From assembly GCA_904419725.1 (NCBI GenBank), contig CAJFSP010000004.1, forward strand, positions 1,769-65,768: a stretch of DNA of 64,000 bases, written 5' to 3'. Of this stretch, positions 61,527 through 64,000 are shown piece by piece; positions within the stretch are counted from its first letter, which is position 1, and each line of letters begins with the position of its first letter. The notes under the pieces were generated by a model that was not told where the DNA came from, ran no database searches, and worked only from the letters and a program-made list of their open reading frames with translations. The position numbers and the translations under genes are program-made. Source of the stretch: Candidatus Heteroclostridium caecigallinarum (GTDB lineage: Bacteria > Bacillota > Clostridia > Christensenellales > CAG-314).

Positions 61527-61661
61527 ATATCCTCTCCAAAGAGTATTTTTTTGCGTATGGGTAATTATAGCACAAAACCCGTCAAAATCAAACCGTTTTG
61601 AGCCCCTTTCACGGGACGTCTCCGTGTTTACAAAAAAACCGCCGTTTGATATAATCTGCTT

Positions 61662-64000
61662 ATGGATTACCGTATTATAGCCGCCGATAACTACGCGACG
61701 GCGTCGGAATGTATAATCGATATGCTCAAAAAGACCGACCAGAGCGATTTGTCGGCGTCGCACATCGTGATTTCAAACGACAGGTGCAGCATGTCGACGG
61801 AACTTGAGGTGCTTGACGCGCTGGGCGGCAGTTTCAACACGCGGGTGCTGACTTTCGCCAGGCTGACCAGCGCCATTATGACGGAAAAAAAGTTTATTTC
61901 CAAGCAGAGCGCCATTATGCTGATAAGCAAACTGGCGGGGGAGATGAAAGACGATTTTTCCTGTTTCAAAAAATCTTACGACACGACCGGCTTTGCCCAG
62001 AGCATGTACGAAGCCGTTTCGCAGCTGAAATACTCCGCCGTCGAACCCCGCGACATCAATCCCGACGCCTATGAAAAAAACCTGAGGGCTAAAATGCGGG
62101 ACGTCAGGATGATTTACGCCGCGTATGAAGACTTTATAAAGGACAGATACGTCGACTCCGGCTCCAAACTCAAAGAACTTATCGCCAGGTGCGGCGACAG
62201 CGGACTGATTAAAAACTCACGTTTTTACATAAAAGATTTCGACAACTTTTCAACGCAGGAAATCCTGATAATACGCCAGCTCGTCATCCATTCAAAGGGC
62301 GTTGTGGTCGCCGTGCCGTATATGCCGGGCGACGACCTGTATCCCGACGACGCCTTCCGCTCGCTCGTGAACGTGGCTTCGGGGCTGGAAACCGACGCAA
62401 AAATCGACTATGTGCGAAAAAACAGGGGCGGCTATACAAGCGTGATAGCCGATAATCTTTTCAGATACAAAACGTCTTTCGTCCCGTCCGACCATAAAGG
62501 CGCTGTTTCCGTCAGAAAGGCGGGCGACGTCTTTGCCGAAATGGAAGGAGTCGCCGCGTATATCCGCGGCAAGGTGGAACGGGGAGCGCGCTACAAAGAC
62601 TTTTTAATCGTGGCGGGCGATGTGGAAAAATACGTTTACGCCGCCGACAGGGTGTTCGGCAGGTACGGCGTGCCGTATTTTCCCGACACCAAAGTCGCCC
62701 TTTCGGAGCACCCGTTCTGCGCTTTTCTGACAGACATCGTGCGCGCCGCCGTAAACGGTCTTGACAGGGAAAGCTGCCTGCGGCTGGCGAAAAACTATTT
62801 TTTCCAGTCTGCGGGAGAAACACCGTCCGGCGGAAAAACCGAATGGTTTGAAAACTATTGCCTGAAAAACAATCTGCTGTATTTTTCATCGCCTTTCGAC
62901 GACATGACCGAAGAAGGCGCCGAGGCGGAGAAAATCAGGCGTGAAATAGCGGACTTTGTTTCTTCGGCGGGCATAACGCCGACGGGCACCGTCGGAGAGT
63001 ACGCCGAAAAACTCCTCGCCGTTGCCCGGAGCGGGCGCGTGGCGGCGCTTTTCGCGCGGCTCGCCGCCGAGGAAGAGGCGGAGTACCCGGCGCTGCGGAA
63101 AGTGACCGAGCAGATATCCGACAAAACGGCGGACGTGCTGGAAACGCTCGCCGCCCTGTTCGGCGAAGACCGCTGCACCGCCGAAAAATTTGCCGACATG
63201 CTTAAAGCGGGTTTCGAATCGACTTTTGTGTCAATCATTCCGCTTTACAACGACTGCGTGGTGTTTACGAGCGTGGCGAAAGCCAGAGCCAACGGAAACA
63301 GGCACCTCATTGTCGTGGGGGCTGCCGACGGCGAATTTCCGTCTGTCAGGCGCGACACGAAAATCATCAGCGACGCCGACATCGACAAACTTGAAAAGGG
63401 CGGCGTCAGCGTCACGCCGAAGACGGAAAACCGCAACCGGCGCGAAAAATTCAACGTCTATCAGCTGCTTTCGGCGCCGAGGGAAAGTCTGTATATGTCA
63501 TACGTCGTCGGCGGCGACGGGGCAGCCCCGTGCGAGGCGGCGGAAGAAATCGCGGCGATGTTCGGCATGGAAGCCGCAGAGGTTTCGGCGCGCGAAGTGT
63601 ACGGCTTAAAACAGGCGGAAGAAATCTTCGTGGGAGAGGCGTCGGCTTACATGGACGGCTACAACCCTTCACCGGTATACGCCGCTTCGCTGTACAGGGC
63701 GCTGAAAGACGGCAATCCGGCTCTTTTCGGGTATCTCGCCGCCGGCGGCGACAAACCGCCGATAAAAAACGGCGAAGCCGTGCTGCTGCCAAAGGGCAGA
63801 ACGTCGGTAACCAGAATGGAGCAGTTTTACCGCTGCCCTTACGGATATTTTCTGGCTTACGGCATAGGGGCGAAAGAGCGCGAAACGGGCGAACTCAGGC
63901 CGCCCGATACAGGCAGTATATTGCATGACGTGCTGGAACAGTTTATCAGAATCAATTATATAGACGGCGGGAGCGCTTCGGCGGAGGACATCGTGGCGCG
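61662..64000 (+). CDS. addB: AddB/RexB-like PD-(D/E)XK recombination subunit (partial, runs off the window)
   Basis: Frame from ATG 61662 (MDYRII...VLTFARL); near the end SVTRMEQFYRCPY...G...HDVLE typical of the AddB nuclease domain; absent from the ORF track because it has no stop in the window. Confidence 0.75.
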   Translation, partial: MDYRIIAADNYATASECIIDMLKKTDQSDLSASHIVISNDRCSMSTELEVLDALGGSFNTRVLTFARLTSAIMTEKKFISKQSAIMLISKLAGEMKDDFSCFKKSYDTTGFAQSMYEAVSQLKYSAVEPRDINPDAYEKNLRAKMRDVRMIYAAYEDFIKDRYVDSGSKLKELIARCGDSGLIKNSRFYIKDFDNFSTQEILIIRQLVIHSKGVVVAVPYMPGDDLYPDDAFRSLVNVASGLETDAKIDYVRKNRGGYTSVIADNLFRYKTSFVPSDHKGAVSVRKAGDVFAEMEGVAAYIRGKVERGARYKDFLIVAGDVEKYVYAADRVFGRYGVPYFPDTKVALSEHPFCAFLTDIVRAAVNGLDRESCLRLAKNYFFQSAGETPSGGKTEWFENYCLKNNLLYFSSPFDDMTEEGAEAEKIRREIADFVSSAGITPTGTVGEYAEKLLAVARSGRVAALFARLAAEEEAEYPALRKVTEQISDKTADVLETLAALFGEDRCTAEKFADMLKAGFESTFVSIIPLYNDCVVFTSVAKARANGNRHLIVVGAADGEFPSVRRDTKIISDADIDKLEKGGVSVTPKTENRNRREKFNVYQLLSAPRESLYMSYVVGGDGAAPCEAAEEIAAMFGMEAAEVSAREVYGLKQAEEIFVGEASAYMDGYNPSPVYAASLYRALKDGNPALFGYLAAGGDKPPIKNGEAVLLPKGRTSVTRMEQFYRCPYGYFLAYGIGAKERETGELRPPDTGSILHDVLEQFIRINYIDGGSASAEDIVA

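Overview
A 64-kb chromosomal window from a GC-rich, spore-forming clostridial-type Firmicute (spoIIE, SigG/SigK-type promoters, a T-box, CIRCE). It is mostly housekeeping: Re-citrate synthase, aconitase, IDH, fumarase, the glp operon, nrdDG, tilS-hpt, lplA-lpdA-gcvH, four ordinary tRNAs and a partial addB. The standout is a selenium/sulfur locus (21.6-29.6 kb) with selA, a Cys-type selD, yedE, yedF, tusA, two DUF3343 genes and two desulfurase/Sec-lyase paralogs, but no selB. Directly downstream of selA is a 91-nt tRNA-Sec-like RNA with its own promoter and terminator. It keeps the tRNA-Sec architecture, but the whole anticodon loop is replaced by a G(CUUG)C tetraloop, so it cannot decode. This suggests tRNA-scaffolded, non-ribosomal Sec (or Cys) synthesis. 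Other items: a structured attenuator-like leader on the yedE-selD operon, three mosaic REP/BIME-like hairpin arrays, an NADP-type LpdA with a lone H-protein, an NrdD-glutaredoxin fusion, a T-box over an HTH-cupin acyl-CoA synthetase, many apparently leaderless genes, and an unannotated 45-aa ORF under a SigG-type promoter. All calls come from reading motifs by eye; no searches were run.
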